Shown here one piece after another: positions 29,681-38,273 of a stretch of 55,836 bases of DNA. Made by a program: the position numbers and the translations under genes. Origin of the DNA: Dehalococcoidia bacterium (GTDB lineage Bacteria > Chloroflexota > Dehalococcoidia > Dehalococcoidales > S120); NCBI GenBank assembly GCA_011192075.1, contig DUER01000144.1, forward strand, positions 1 to 55,836, written 5' to 3'. Position 1 is the stretch's first letter. Each line of letters starts with the position of its first letter. A model generated the notes under the pieces. It saw only the letters and a program-made list of their open reading frames with translations. It made no database searches and was not told the origin of the DNA.

Positions 29681-30412
29681 GTGCTAAAAGTAGAAAAACT
29701 TCAGTCAAAACTAAATGGTAAGTTAATACTTAACGACTTCAACCTGCATGTCAATAGAGGTGAGATACATGGGCTCTTAGGCGAGAATGGAACGGGTAAG
29801 ACCACTGTCGCCTACCTTATAATGGGAGTAAATAATTACCAGCCTACTGAGGGTAAGATTATTTTTGAAGGTCAGGATATTGCTAAGCTTTCTGTTTCTC
29901 AGCGGGCAAAGCAGGGGATAAGTCTAGCCTGGCAAGAACCAGTCCGGATTGAAGGGTTGCGTGTAGGGGACTACCTTAAGCTCAGTGGCAACAATCTTGA
30001 GATTGAGCAGACTAAACGTTGCTTGCGCATGGTAGGAATGGAGCCAGCGCAATATTTGGATAGAGATATTGATAACACCCTGAGTGGTGGTGAAAGAAAA
30101 AGGATAGAGCTAGCTTCTCTCTTAGCTATGCATCCCAAATTAGCCATATTGGACGAGCCTGACTCTGGCATAGATATTATCTCATTACCCCTAATCCTTA
30201 ATGGCATAGCAGAAATGAGTAAGCAGGGCTCATCGGTTCTGTTGATTACCCACAATGAAAAGGTGGTGGAAATCGCCAACAGGGTGTCGGTGCTATGCGC
30301 CGGCAAGATAATTAGAACTGGTGTGCCATTAGAAACTAGCCAGTGGTTCAAGGATAACTGCAGGACATGTGTCCATATTAATGAGCCAGAAGAAGAGGAT
30401 AAAAAGTTATGA
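29681..30412 (+). CDS. sufC: Fe-S cluster assembly ATPase SufC
   Basis: Walker A GENGTGKTT, ABC signature LSGGERKRIELA, Walker B AILDEPDSGID. GTG 29681 is preceded by GGGGGGAGGG. Confidence 0.85.
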   Translation: MLKVEKLQSKLNGKLILNDFNLHVNRGEIHGLLGENGTGKTTVAYLIMGVNNYQPTEGKIIFEGQDIAKLSVSQRAKQGISLAWQEPVRIEGLRVGDYLKLSGNNLEIEQTKRCLRMVGMEPAQYLDRDIDNTLSGGERKRIELASLLAMHPKLAILDEPDSGIDIISLPLILNGIAEMSKQGSSVLLITHNEKVVEIANRVSVLCAGKIIRTGVPLETSQWFKDNCRTCVHINEPEEEDKKL

Positions 30413-31365
30413 TTAGTTACTCCATTGAAAAAGAATATCAGGGGCTCGTTGACGCCTATGAGAAGGCTGGCGGTGATAGGAGCACCCTACTAAGTAAGGA
30501 AGTAGCCAAGCTGGTCATTCACGAGAATAAGGTTCTGGGTGTTGATGGAGTTAATGGGATACAAATAGAAACAAAGGAGACTGAAACCGGTGTTAATATC
30601 TATTTCCTGGTAGAAGAAGGAGCGAAGATACTGCGCCCCGTCCACCTTTGTTTTGGTATCCTTCCTCAGGAAGGGCTGCAGGAAATTATTTTGAAAGTGG
30701 ATGCTCAAGATAACAGTGAGGTAAGTGTGATTGCCCACTGTATCTTTCCCAATGCAGTCAAAGTGATACATAAAATGGATGCGGATATAGAGATTGGAAA
30801 CAATGCTAAGTTTGATTATAAAGAAACCCACTACCACGGTGACTTCGGCGGGATTGAGGTAATCCCTAAAGCTAAGATTACGCTGGGTGAAATGGCTCAA
30901 TATGAAAACACCTTTAGATTAATTCAGGGTTCTGTGGGCACATTGGACTTTGATTTTGAGGTTTTTTCTGGTGCTAGAAGCGTAGCTGAACTCATAGCTA
31001 AGGTCTACAGCAAAAAGGATGATGTCATAAAGATAGTAGAAAAGGTACACTTAAATGGTAATGGTGCCCGAAGCCTGATAAAGACCAGAATAGTATTAAG
31101 AGATAGAGCCAGGGCAGAGGTTATCGGTGAAACCTATGGCAATGCTCCTTATACCAGAGGCCATGTTGACTGCATTGAATTAGTTAATGGGGAACAGGCA
31201 GTAGCCAAGGCAATACCAATTGTCTCGGTAACTGACGAGAAGGCAAAGGTAACCCATGAGGCAGCCATAGGCAGTATAGACAAGAGACAGGTGGAAACCT
31301 TGATGACCAGAGGGCTGGATGAGAACCAAGCGGTGGATGTTATCGTAAAGGGTATCCTGAGGTAG
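30409..31365 (+). CDS. sufB: Short SufB/SufD-family Fe-S assembly scaffold
   Basis: 318 aa with the C-terminal SufBD beta-helix block (..RGHVDCIELV..AKVTHEAAIGSIDKRQVETLMTRGL). It overlaps sufC by 4 nt. Confidence 0.8.
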   Translation: MISYSIEKEYQGLVDAYEKAGGDRSTLLSKEVAKLVIHENKVLGVDGVNGIQIETKETETGVNIYFLVEEGAKILRPVHLCFGILPQEGLQEIILKVDAQDNSEVSVIAHCIFPNAVKVIHKMDADIEIGNNAKFDYKETHYHGDFGGIEVIPKAKITLGEMAQYENTFRLIQGSVGTLDFDFEVFSGARSVAELIAKVYSKKDDVIKIVEKVHLNGNGARSLIKTRIVLRDRARAEVIGETYGNAPYTRGHVDCIELVNGEQAVAKAIPIVSVTDEKAKVTHEAAIGSIDKRQVETLMTRGLDENQAVDVIVKGILR

Positions 31366-31378
31366 TTGGGTAAGAGAA

Positions 31379-32578
31379 GTGTCGTTAGATTTAACCAAGG
31401 TTGCTTCACAGGTTGGGAGTATGGTAGCCAGGCTCAAGGCTAGTGGTGAGGAAAGGCAGAAGCGTCTAAATTATGCCCTAGATGTTCTCCATAACCAGAC
31501 TGCCGACTTGGCTAATTTAATCAGGAAGATTGCCTCCAGCAAGACTACCTGGTTGGTAGCCGGCGTGGTAGACGGGCTTGACCAGCATTATGAAGCACCA
31601 GCCATCCCCACAGAATTCTCCGTCCTAGCTACCGATGGCTCTCATATTGATGTTAACCGACACTGGTCAACAAGGTGTTATCTGATCAACATAGGCTCAG
31701 TCATTCTTCACTACGGTGCTTACCCCAGTGCTACCCTTGATAGTTTCCCCCACCTCTATTTTGACGATGAAGACTTGGTTATTACGCCGGTCGGGGTTAG
31801 AGGCCGTGAGCAACTAATCGAAGGTGCTCTTCTTGGTATCAAGCGCGGCGTGGATGAGTGCCGCCAGTTGTCTGAACTGGCGGCGGAGCTGCTACCGGAT
31901 AGCTCAAATCTGGCCTTGCTCGATGGCTCGCTTATTCTGTGGAGTCTAGAAGCCTACCCTGAATTCGTTACCGAGGCATTGCTGAATAAGGGCTTTCTAA
32001 ACTACCTTGACCAAATGAGACAGCTTAACAATAGTAAGCAGCTTGCCCTTGCCAGCTATATCAGCTTTCCCCACAGTACCGATGTAGTTAATACGCTGCG
32101 GGTGGCTCTTTGCCCCCATGACCCGGCTGATTGCGACCGCTATTGCTCTACTAATGAGAAAAGAGACTGCGATACAGTGGCTGGCATTCGGGACCGTGAG
32201 CTATTCTCTAATATTTTGGCTCGGGGGGAAAGGTCAGCCATCTTTATCAGCGGGTCGTCTATAGTCCGAAAGCACTACGGAGTCCACCAGGTCTATTTTT
32301 TCTACCTCAGGGTCAATAATGAAGTAGCCAGGGTTGAGATTCCCCGCTGGGTGGCAGTGGACGAGGGCTTGCTCACTCTGGTTCATGCCCTAGTTTTAGA
32401 CCAGTGCCACCACGGGCAGGGATATCCCGTAGCCTTAAGTGAAGCCCATGAAAAGGCAGTGGTAACCGTAACTAATAGAGAAAACTTCTGGCAACTAGTA
32501 GAGTCATCCCTGACCAAAGAACATGTGCCCAGCTTTAGCTCAGCCAAGAGCCAGAGCAAGAGAACAAGGTGGGTTTAA
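31379..32578 (+). CDS. nurA: NurA-domain nuclease
   Basis: 399 aa with NurA-type motifs VLATDGSHI and LALLDGSLILWSL. The GTG start lies 13 nt after the sufB stop. Confidence 0.7.
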   Translation: MSLDLTKVASQVGSMVARLKASGEERQKRLNYALDVLHNQTADLANLIRKIASSKTTWLVAGVVDGLDQHYEAPAIPTEFSVLATDGSHIDVNRHWSTRCYLINIGSVILHYGAYPSATLDSFPHLYFDDEDLVITPVGVRGREQLIEGALLGIKRGVDECRQLSELAAELLPDSSNLALLDGSLILWSLEAYPEFVTEALLNKGFLNYLDQMRQLNNSKQLALASYISFPHSTDVVNTLRVALCPHDPADCDRYCSTNEKRDCDTVAGIRDRELFSNILARGERSAIFISGSSIVRKHYGVHQVYFFYLRVNNEVARVEIPRWVAVDEGLLTLVHALVLDQCHHGQGYPVALSEAHEKAVVTVTNRENFWQLVESSLTKEHVPSFSSAKSQSKRTRWV

Positions 32579-32605
32579 GATTATTAGTCTTTGGGAGGTT
32601 ATGAA

Positions 32606-32821
32606 ATGAGCAAAGACTTCATGCGTCTACCATTAAAGCCTTTCTTCGATTTTATGGATGATGAGAGGCAGCAGCTATTCAATCTTATGGAAACCTGCGT
32701 TAAAACAGGGACAAAGCTTATATTGGGGCAGACTAGGTGTTTCTTTTGCGGAACAGAACTTAGTGATGTTTCAGAAAGAAAGCAGGTAGGAATGGGTAAT
32801 CCTTTAATTAGGTGTTGTTAA
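32606..32821 (+). CDS. Small hypothetical protein (71 aa)
   Basis: GGGAGG lies 7 nt upstream of ATG 32606. The region is low GC. I recognise no family (..CFFCGTELSD..). Confidence 0.35.
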   Translation: MSKDFMRLPLKPFFDFMDDERQQLFNLMETCVKTGTKLILGQTRCFFCGTELSDVSERKQVGMGNPLIRCC

Positions 32822-32891
32822 AGATATATATACACTGGTGAAGATGAGGACAAAGAAGTTAAAATAGTTCATCAAAATTAGGAGGAAGCAC

Positions 32892-32963
32892 ATGGGAAGC
32901 AAGGGAAGAAAGAATGTGAAAAAGTCCAAGCAGCCAAAGGAGAAAAAGGGGAAGAACAAATAG
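32892..32963 (+). CDS. Possible 23-aa lysine-rich micropeptide
   Basis: MGSKGRKNVKKSKQPKEKKGKNK, with AGGAGG 7 nt upstream. Coding status is unproven. Confidence 0.25.
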   Translation: MGSKGRKNVKKSKQPKEKKGKNK

Positions 32964-32980
32964 GAAAGAAGACAGGCAAG

Positions 32981-33021
32981 TCTAAACTCTAAATAACAAT
33001 ATCTAAACTCTAAACAATATC
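32981..33021. repeat. Tandem direct repeat, two ~20-21 bp units
   Basis: TCTAAACTCTAAATAACAATA followed directly by TCTAAACTCTAAACAATATC. Confidence 0.6.
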
Positions 33022-33061
33022 AAATGACCAAAATCTAAAAGGGACTTTGTCATGGTAAATA

Positions 33062-33129
33062 TCATTGCGAGCAAAGCGAAGCATTCTCCCCATTAAAGAT
33101 TGCTTCGTCGCTGACACTCCTCGCAATGA
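33062..33129. repeat. Palindromic intergenic element
   Basis: TCATTGCGAG (33062-33071) pairs with CTCGCAATGA (33120-33129). Inner arms are AAGCGAAGCA and TGCTTCG. ATGACCAAAA occurs on both flanks (about 33034 and 33126). Confidence 0.6.
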
Positions 33130-33209
33130 CCAAAACTTTTAGGATTTGGAGTGGAGCGACTTTTTGATTTGATTCTTGTTTGAGTTCACTCCAAGCGGGG
33201 AGGTATGAA

Positions 33210-33245
33210 GTGCAAAGAGCGGGCGAGGTTATTGAAGCCAACTGA
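33210..33245 (+). pseudogene. Relic start of the HAS-barrel gene
   Basis: GGGGAGG SD, then GTG CAA AGA GCG GGC GAG GTT ATT GAA GCC AAC TGA (VQRAGEVIEAN*). Compare ATG CAG AGA GTG GGT GAG GTT ATT GAG GCC at 33794 (MQRVGEVIEA). By my hand alignment, 28 of 33 nt are identical. Confidence 0.5.
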
Positions 33246-33301
33246 TATAAGATGATAGACTTCTTTAGTAGTGATATTATGAAGCTAGTGGAGGTGAAAG
33301 T

Positions 33302-33547
33302 ATGAAGGAGATACTTTTAGCGATTCATATAGAAGCATTGCCTGAGGATGGATTTCTAGCCACCAGCGAGGAGTTACCCAGTCTGGTGACTCAAGGGCGG
33401 ACGGCTGCTGAGGCCGTAGAGATTGCGCAGGATGTAGCCTGCAAGCTCATCCAGTCTTATTATAAGCATGGTGATGAGCTACCGCCTGCATTGCGGGCTA
33501 CTACTCCGGCAAGTGGTGATGTCCGCATCCCGGTGAGTATATCCTGA
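33302..33547 (+). CDS. hicB: HicB-family antitoxin
   Basis: 81 aa. IEALPEDGFLATSEELPSLVTQGRTAAEAVEIAQDV is the typical HicB/UPF0150 fold sequence. An SD (GGAGGTG) is present. Confidence 0.8.
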   Translation: MKEILLAIHIEALPEDGFLATSEELPSLVTQGRTAAEAVEIAQDVACKLIQSYYKHGDELPPALRATTPASGDVRIPVSIS

Positions 33548-33767
33548 TGGGAAGGCTGGCTGGCTTCAGCGCTGATGAGGTAATCCGCAAGTTGAGGCGA
33601 GTTGGTTTTGTCTTTGACCGCTAGGCGAAGGGAAGCCATGAAATATGGTGGAATCCCTAAACTCGTGCCCGCACTACTGTGCCTCACCATCCTGGAGAGC
33701 TTCCCGAGGGGACACTGCGTGCTTGAGTCAAGCCAGGCTCAGTATAGATGAATTTCTGAAGCTTTGA
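33547..33767 (+). pseudogene. hicA: HicA-family toxin, inactivated
   Basis: ATGA overlap with hicB. It reads MGRLAGFSADEVIRKLRRVGFVFDR*AKGSHEIWWNP*TRARTTVPHHPGELPEGTLRA, then needs a frameshift to reach ..LSQARLSIDEFLKL*. That is two in-frame stops plus one frameshift. Confidence 0.7.
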
Positions 33768-33793
33768 GAGGTTCTATGGAAGAGAGTATGCAA

Positions 33794-34378
33794 ATGCAGA
33801 GAGTGGGTGAGGTTATTGAGGCCAGCACCACTGAATTTGTCGCCCAGTGCTATGAACTTTACCAGTCACCTCCTTTAGGTAGCCTGGTAAAGACCAGGGA
33901 TTTGCTGGTGGAGTTATATGGCATAGTCTATAATACCACTACCACTAGCCTTGAGCCTGGGCGGCGCCCCATTGCCCGGGGTAAGGATGAGGCTAGTGAG
34001 GAAGAAATCTACCGCTCTAGCCCTCAACTTCTGGAGCTGCTACGTAGCGAATCCAGTGCTCTAGTGGTCGGTCATAATCAGGGTGATAAATTGCATCACT
34101 ATCTGCCACCTAAACCAGCCCGAATACATGGTTTTGTCTACCTGTGCCCTTCTGAGGAGGTAAAGGAGTTTAGCCAGTCCTTTAATTTCCTCACTATACT
34201 GATTAACACTCACCTGCCCGTCTCCCAAGATGAGCTTATTGCCGCCTGTTTGCGTCAGATGAGCCAGGCATATGAAGACCGCTATGCCTTTTTGGTGGCT
34301 GCGGGCAAGGAGTTAGCCGTATTACTTGGTGGTGAATTTAACCAACTCAAAGCTATTCTGGAGAGGATTAGACAGTGA
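33794..34378 (+). CDS. Hypothetical protein with HerA HAS-barrel-like N-terminus
   Basis: 194 aa from ATG 33794 (the track start is 33764). RVGEVIEASTTEFVAQ..LGSLVKT..LYGIVYN parallels the HerA N-terminal barrel. Its stop overlaps the herA GTG (GTGA). Confidence 0.6.
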   Translation: MQRVGEVIEASTTEFVAQCYELYQSPPLGSLVKTRDLLVELYGIVYNTTTTSLEPGRRPIARGKDEASEEEIYRSSPQLLELLRSESSALVVGHNQGDKLHHYLPPKPARIHGFVYLCPSEEVKEFSQSFNFLTILINTHLPVSQDELIAACLRQMSQAYEDRYAFLVAAGKELAVLLGGEFNQLKAILERIRQ

Positions 34379-35988
34379 CCCAAGAAAACAGTCAAAGACT
34401 AGGCATTGTCGTCTCCGGCTCATTAAATAAGGGGGTGGAAGTCAGGCTGGATAGCTCAGCCTCAGTTGAGGATATGGCGGTGGGGCGCTACGTAACTATT
34501 GAGGGGCAAAAGCAACGTTTCTTCGGCATGATAACCGATGTCAGTCTAGGCGTGATAGACCAGAAACTTACCCTTACTCCGCCTGATGTTTCTGACTCGT
34601 TTACAACCGAGGTATTAGCTGGAACCAGCACCTACGGAATGCTCCATGTCTCTCCTTACCTCACTATCGCTGGCGATGTTACCAGCTTAATTGAGGGACC
34701 ACAGCCTGTTAAGACAGTGCCCAGCCACTTCTCCACAGCAAATCTAGCTTCAGACCAAGACATCGAGCTAGTCTTTGGTAAAGAAGATAAAGAAAGGTTC
34801 TGGATTGGCAATCCCCTCGATATGGAGACCAAGGTCTGTCTTAACCTGCAAGAGTTTGTTAAGCGTTCCAACGGCATCTTTGGCAAGAGCGGTACTGGCA
34901 AGACCTTTCTCACCAGGATTCTGCTTATTGGCCTGCTCCAGAAGAGCCAAGCAGTAAACTTAATCTTTGATATGCATAATGAATACGGTTGGGCAGGGAC
35001 TAGAGAGGGGGGGGCACCAGTTAAGGCATTAAAACAGCTCTTTCCATCAAATGTAGCCGTATTTACTCTTGACGAAGAGAACTCAAGGCGCCGGGGGGTA
35101 AGCACCGACTTTGTGGTCAGGATAGGCTATGATGAGATTGAGCCTGAGGATATAGTATTGCTCCGCCAGACTCTGAATCTTACCGAACTTGCTGTTGAAG
35201 CAGTACATCAACTATTCAGAAAATTTGGTAAAAACTGGCTACAGAGTACCCTAGCCCTAAAAGATACCGAAGAATTACCGGAGGGTCTAAACATACATGA
35301 GAGCACCCTTAATAACCTACAGAGGGGGCTGGCGACTATCAGACGACTTCCTTTCATAGAGACTCATGCTCCAACCAATACTGTAGGAAGTATTCTCAAC
35401 CATCTTGACCGAGGTATAAATGTCGTTCTGGAGTTTGGCAGGTACAGAGATATCACATCTTATATCCTGGTAGCCAATATGCTCACCCGCCGTATCTACG
35501 CCCAATACCAGGAGAGGGTGGAAAAGGCAATGGGTGAAAATACTATCAAGCCCCGTCCCTTGGTAATAACTATTGAGGAAGCACATAAGTTCCTTAATCC
35601 CCAAGTTGCTAACCAGACCATATTTGGTACCATTGCCCGTGAGATGCGTAAATATAATGTTACCTTGCTGGTAATCGACCAGCGACCCAGTGGTATTGAT
35701 GATGAGGTTATGTCTCAAATCGGGACTAAGATAACTTGCCTACTGGACAATGAGCGAGATATTGATAGTGTCTTAGCTGGCACATCAGATAAGGGCGAGC
35801 TCAAATCGGTGTTAGCCAAACTGGCTTCCAAACAGCAAGCACTCATCTTCGGCCATGCTGTGCCTATGCCGATGGTAATCAGGACTCGAGAGTATGGTTC
35901 CCCCGAATCTTACCGGGATTTTATCTCTAGAGGGGAAGCTGAGATTAACAAGCAGGCAGAGAAGGACATAGAGGAGTTGTGGGAATAG
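34375..35988 (+). CDS. herA: HerA/FtsK-superfamily ATPase (DUF87-type)
   Basis: 537 aa. N-terminal barrel (RLGIVVSGSLNKGVEVRL..VGRYVTIE..FFGMITDV), Walker A FGKSGTGKTF, Walker B LVITIEEAHKF. Confidence 0.8.
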   Translation: MTQENSQRLGIVVSGSLNKGVEVRLDSSASVEDMAVGRYVTIEGQKQRFFGMITDVSLGVIDQKLTLTPPDVSDSFTTEVLAGTSTYGMLHVSPYLTIAGDVTSLIEGPQPVKTVPSHFSTANLASDQDIELVFGKEDKERFWIGNPLDMETKVCLNLQEFVKRSNGIFGKSGTGKTFLTRILLIGLLQKSQAVNLIFDMHNEYGWAGTREGGAPVKALKQLFPSNVAVFTLDEENSRRRGVSTDFVVRIGYDEIEPEDIVLLRQTLNLTELAVEAVHQLFRKFGKNWLQSTLALKDTEELPEGLNIHESTLNNLQRGLATIRRLPFIETHAPTNTVGSILNHLDRGINVVLEFGRYRDITSYILVANMLTRRIYAQYQERVEKAMGENTIKPRPLVITIEEAHKFLNPQVANQTIFGTIAREMRKYNVTLLVIDQRPSGIDDEVMSQIGTKITCLLDNERDIDSVLAGTSDKGELKSVLAKLASKQQALIFGHAVPMPMVIRTREYGSPESYRDFISRGEAEINKQAEKDIEELWE

Positions 35989-36105
35989 GAAGCAGCCTAA
36001 ATTGCAGAAAAGAAAGATTGGATTAGCTCAGGTGCACTGGCTGCTCAAGACTCTATTCTTGGAATAAGAAGGCGACTCAAGGCGTAACTTCCCCTTCAAC
36101 CTTTA

Positions 36106-37074
36106 TTAAGTAGCAGGGAAGAAGGCTTTAGCCCGCGGCTTAACTGCCACCTCCCAGGCTTTGACTTGCGGTAGCAGTCTCTCCACATCAGCCCTATGGC
36201 AAAGTTCAGTGCCTGGGGTAAGTACTGCGGCAGTTCCCATAGCCACTGCCAGGCGGCAAGCCTCTATTAGTGGCTCCTCATGAACGAGCTTTAGAGCGAG
36301 CCCAGCGATAGTGCAATCCCCGGCGCCTACAGCACTTTTAACCTTTACCTCAGGTGGCACTGCTTTAACAATCCTTCGCTTGGTAGCAGCAATAAGACCA
36401 CCTTTTCCCCGGGAGATGACCACTACTTCAATACCCGTTTCAACCAGGTTAAGAGCTGCATCAATGATGACTTCTTCAGTGGAGAGCTCTGTTTTAAGCA
36501 ACGCCTCAGCTTCACGAACATTAGGCTTAATGAGGTAGGGCTTGGCCTTTATCCCCTCTTCCAACCACTGACCATCAGAGTCCAGGCTGCATCTTACCTT
36601 GTAGTCCTTAGCTTCCATAATGAAATCATAGTAAATATTACCTGGAACACCACGGGGTACACTACCACCTACTACAATCATATCTGGTTTTGGATGAATC
36701 TGCCTTAACTTGTTCTGGAATCTCTCAAATTCCTCTCTTGAGATGCGAGGACCGGGAGCGTCAATCCTGGTCTGCTGGGAGGTTTTGGTATCAGTGATAA
36801 TAAAATTAGTGCGTGTATCACGTTCAATAGGGGTGAAGCTGAATGGCACCCCTTCTTTATCAAGTAAGATTTCAACCTGTCTGCCTGGGGAACCACCTAT
36901 AAATCCATAGGCTACACTGCGACCACCCATCTCGTGAATAGCCCGTGACACATCAATACCTTTACCCCCGGCATAGAGACGCGAATGTGTCCATCGGTTT
37001 GTCTCATCTACTGCTAACCCGTCAACAGTAATAGTTATATCTAGGCTGGGATTAAGAGTTATAGTGACAATCAT
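36106..37074 (-). CDS. PfkB-family sugar-phosphate kinase (1-phosphofructokinase / tagatose-6-phosphate kinase type)
   Basis: 322 aa with TITLNPSLD, GGKGIDVSRA and AVGAGDCTIAG motifs. Confidence 0.8.
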   Translation of the reverse strand: MIVTITLNPSLDITITVDGLAVDETNRWTHSRLYAGGKGIDVSRAIHEMGGRSVAYGFIGGSPGRQVEILLDKEGVPFSFTPIERDTRTNFIITDTKTSQQTRIDAPGPRISREEFERFQNKLRQIHPKPDMIVVGGSVPRGVPGNIYYDFIMEAKDYKVRCSLDSDGQWLEEGIKAKPYLIKPNVREAEALLKTELSTEEVIIDAALNLVETGIEVVVISRGKGGLIAATKRRIVKAVPPEVKVKSAVGAGDCTIAGLALKLVHEEPLIEACRLAVAMGTAAVLTPGTELCHRADVERLLPQVKAWEVAVKPRAKAFFPAT

Positions 37075-37087
37075 ACTTCCTCCAATT

Positions 37088-38083
37088 TCAATATTCTTTA
37101 TACCACTTTCCCGATGTGTAGGCTAGCTCGTGGGCAGCTAGCCCAAGCTTCTGGTACCACGGTACAGCGTATCTGCTAGCTATCTCAGTCAGTCTCTTTA
37201 ACCTATCTGCCCCCACTGTTGATAGATATTGAACCCTTTCTCGCTCATCATCAATATACATTGCCTCTTGCCAGATAGCACGACCACCTAGAAAACCTGA
37301 GACTCCAGCCTGGCAGGCGATTTCTACCTCCTGGTAAAAAAGTCCAAAGTCCACCCCAGCACTCAGGATGACCCACGGAACCTGGGACGACATATCTAAC
37401 TGGTGACAGAGGTTGATGAGCTCAGCCTTGTCCCACTTATAGCGCAGGTTAGCGGGAAACTCAGCCTTTGGCACATCTATGAATAAAGCGGTGATATCTT
37501 GAGCAGATTTAATCACCAGTTGCTCTTTCAGGACAGCGAACTCCGCTGGATTATTAATCTCGCTACCTATAGGATAGCTCTTTGGTTCTACCAGGAAGGG
37601 AAGGTCATATTTTATACAGTCACTGGCTACCATATTAACTGTGTTTAACTGCTGGCTTGCCGGCTCACTCAAATCTGGTCGATAGTAGACCAAAATCTTC
37701 ACTGCCGAGGCACCCATTCGCTTAATCTTCTCCACATTCTACCCATCAAGCAGCTTAGTTAGGCGGTATTCTTTTCCGCCACCATAGCTAGTGGCTTCCA
37801 GACTAATCAGGAGCCCGGTATCACTAGGTAAAGCACCGTGACTAATGCATTGAGCAGCACTAAATATCGGGTCAATTAGAACGGCACTGGCATATTTAGC
37901 CAGGGCAGAGCACAGCTCCAGCTTGCACTCAACCATTTCGTCACAGTTGACCTCTCCTGGGTGCTCTTCATCAATCATACTACGTAAGGAACCGCGGTGG
38001 TCCATAGCACACATAGCAAAGATGCCATCTGGATTGGCAATCTGTTGTAGCCCTCTTATTTTACCAATGCTTAACCTCTTCAT
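37088..38083 (-). pseudogene. LacD-family class I tagatose/fructose-bisphosphate aldolase interrupted by one in-frame TAG
   Basis: The two track ORFs (37739-38083 and 37088-37735) are in the same frame, giving ..LTKLLDG*NVEKIKRMGASAVKILVYY. As I recall, family members have Trp (TGG) where the TAG at 37739-37741 sits. Confidence 0.7.
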
Positions 38084-38273
38084 ATTCTCTGCCCAGGGTT
38101 ATTATGGAACAAAAGATAACTCCAATCAAGGGTCTTATTAACCTCCTCTATAAGTACTAAAAAATAAACTCTTCTAGAACCTTCTTCTTTCCTTATCCTT
38201 TGAAGGTTTGTCTTTACTCCTAGTCTGGGGTATAATTAACAGGTACCGATTTCCTTTCTCGTAGGATAGAATA

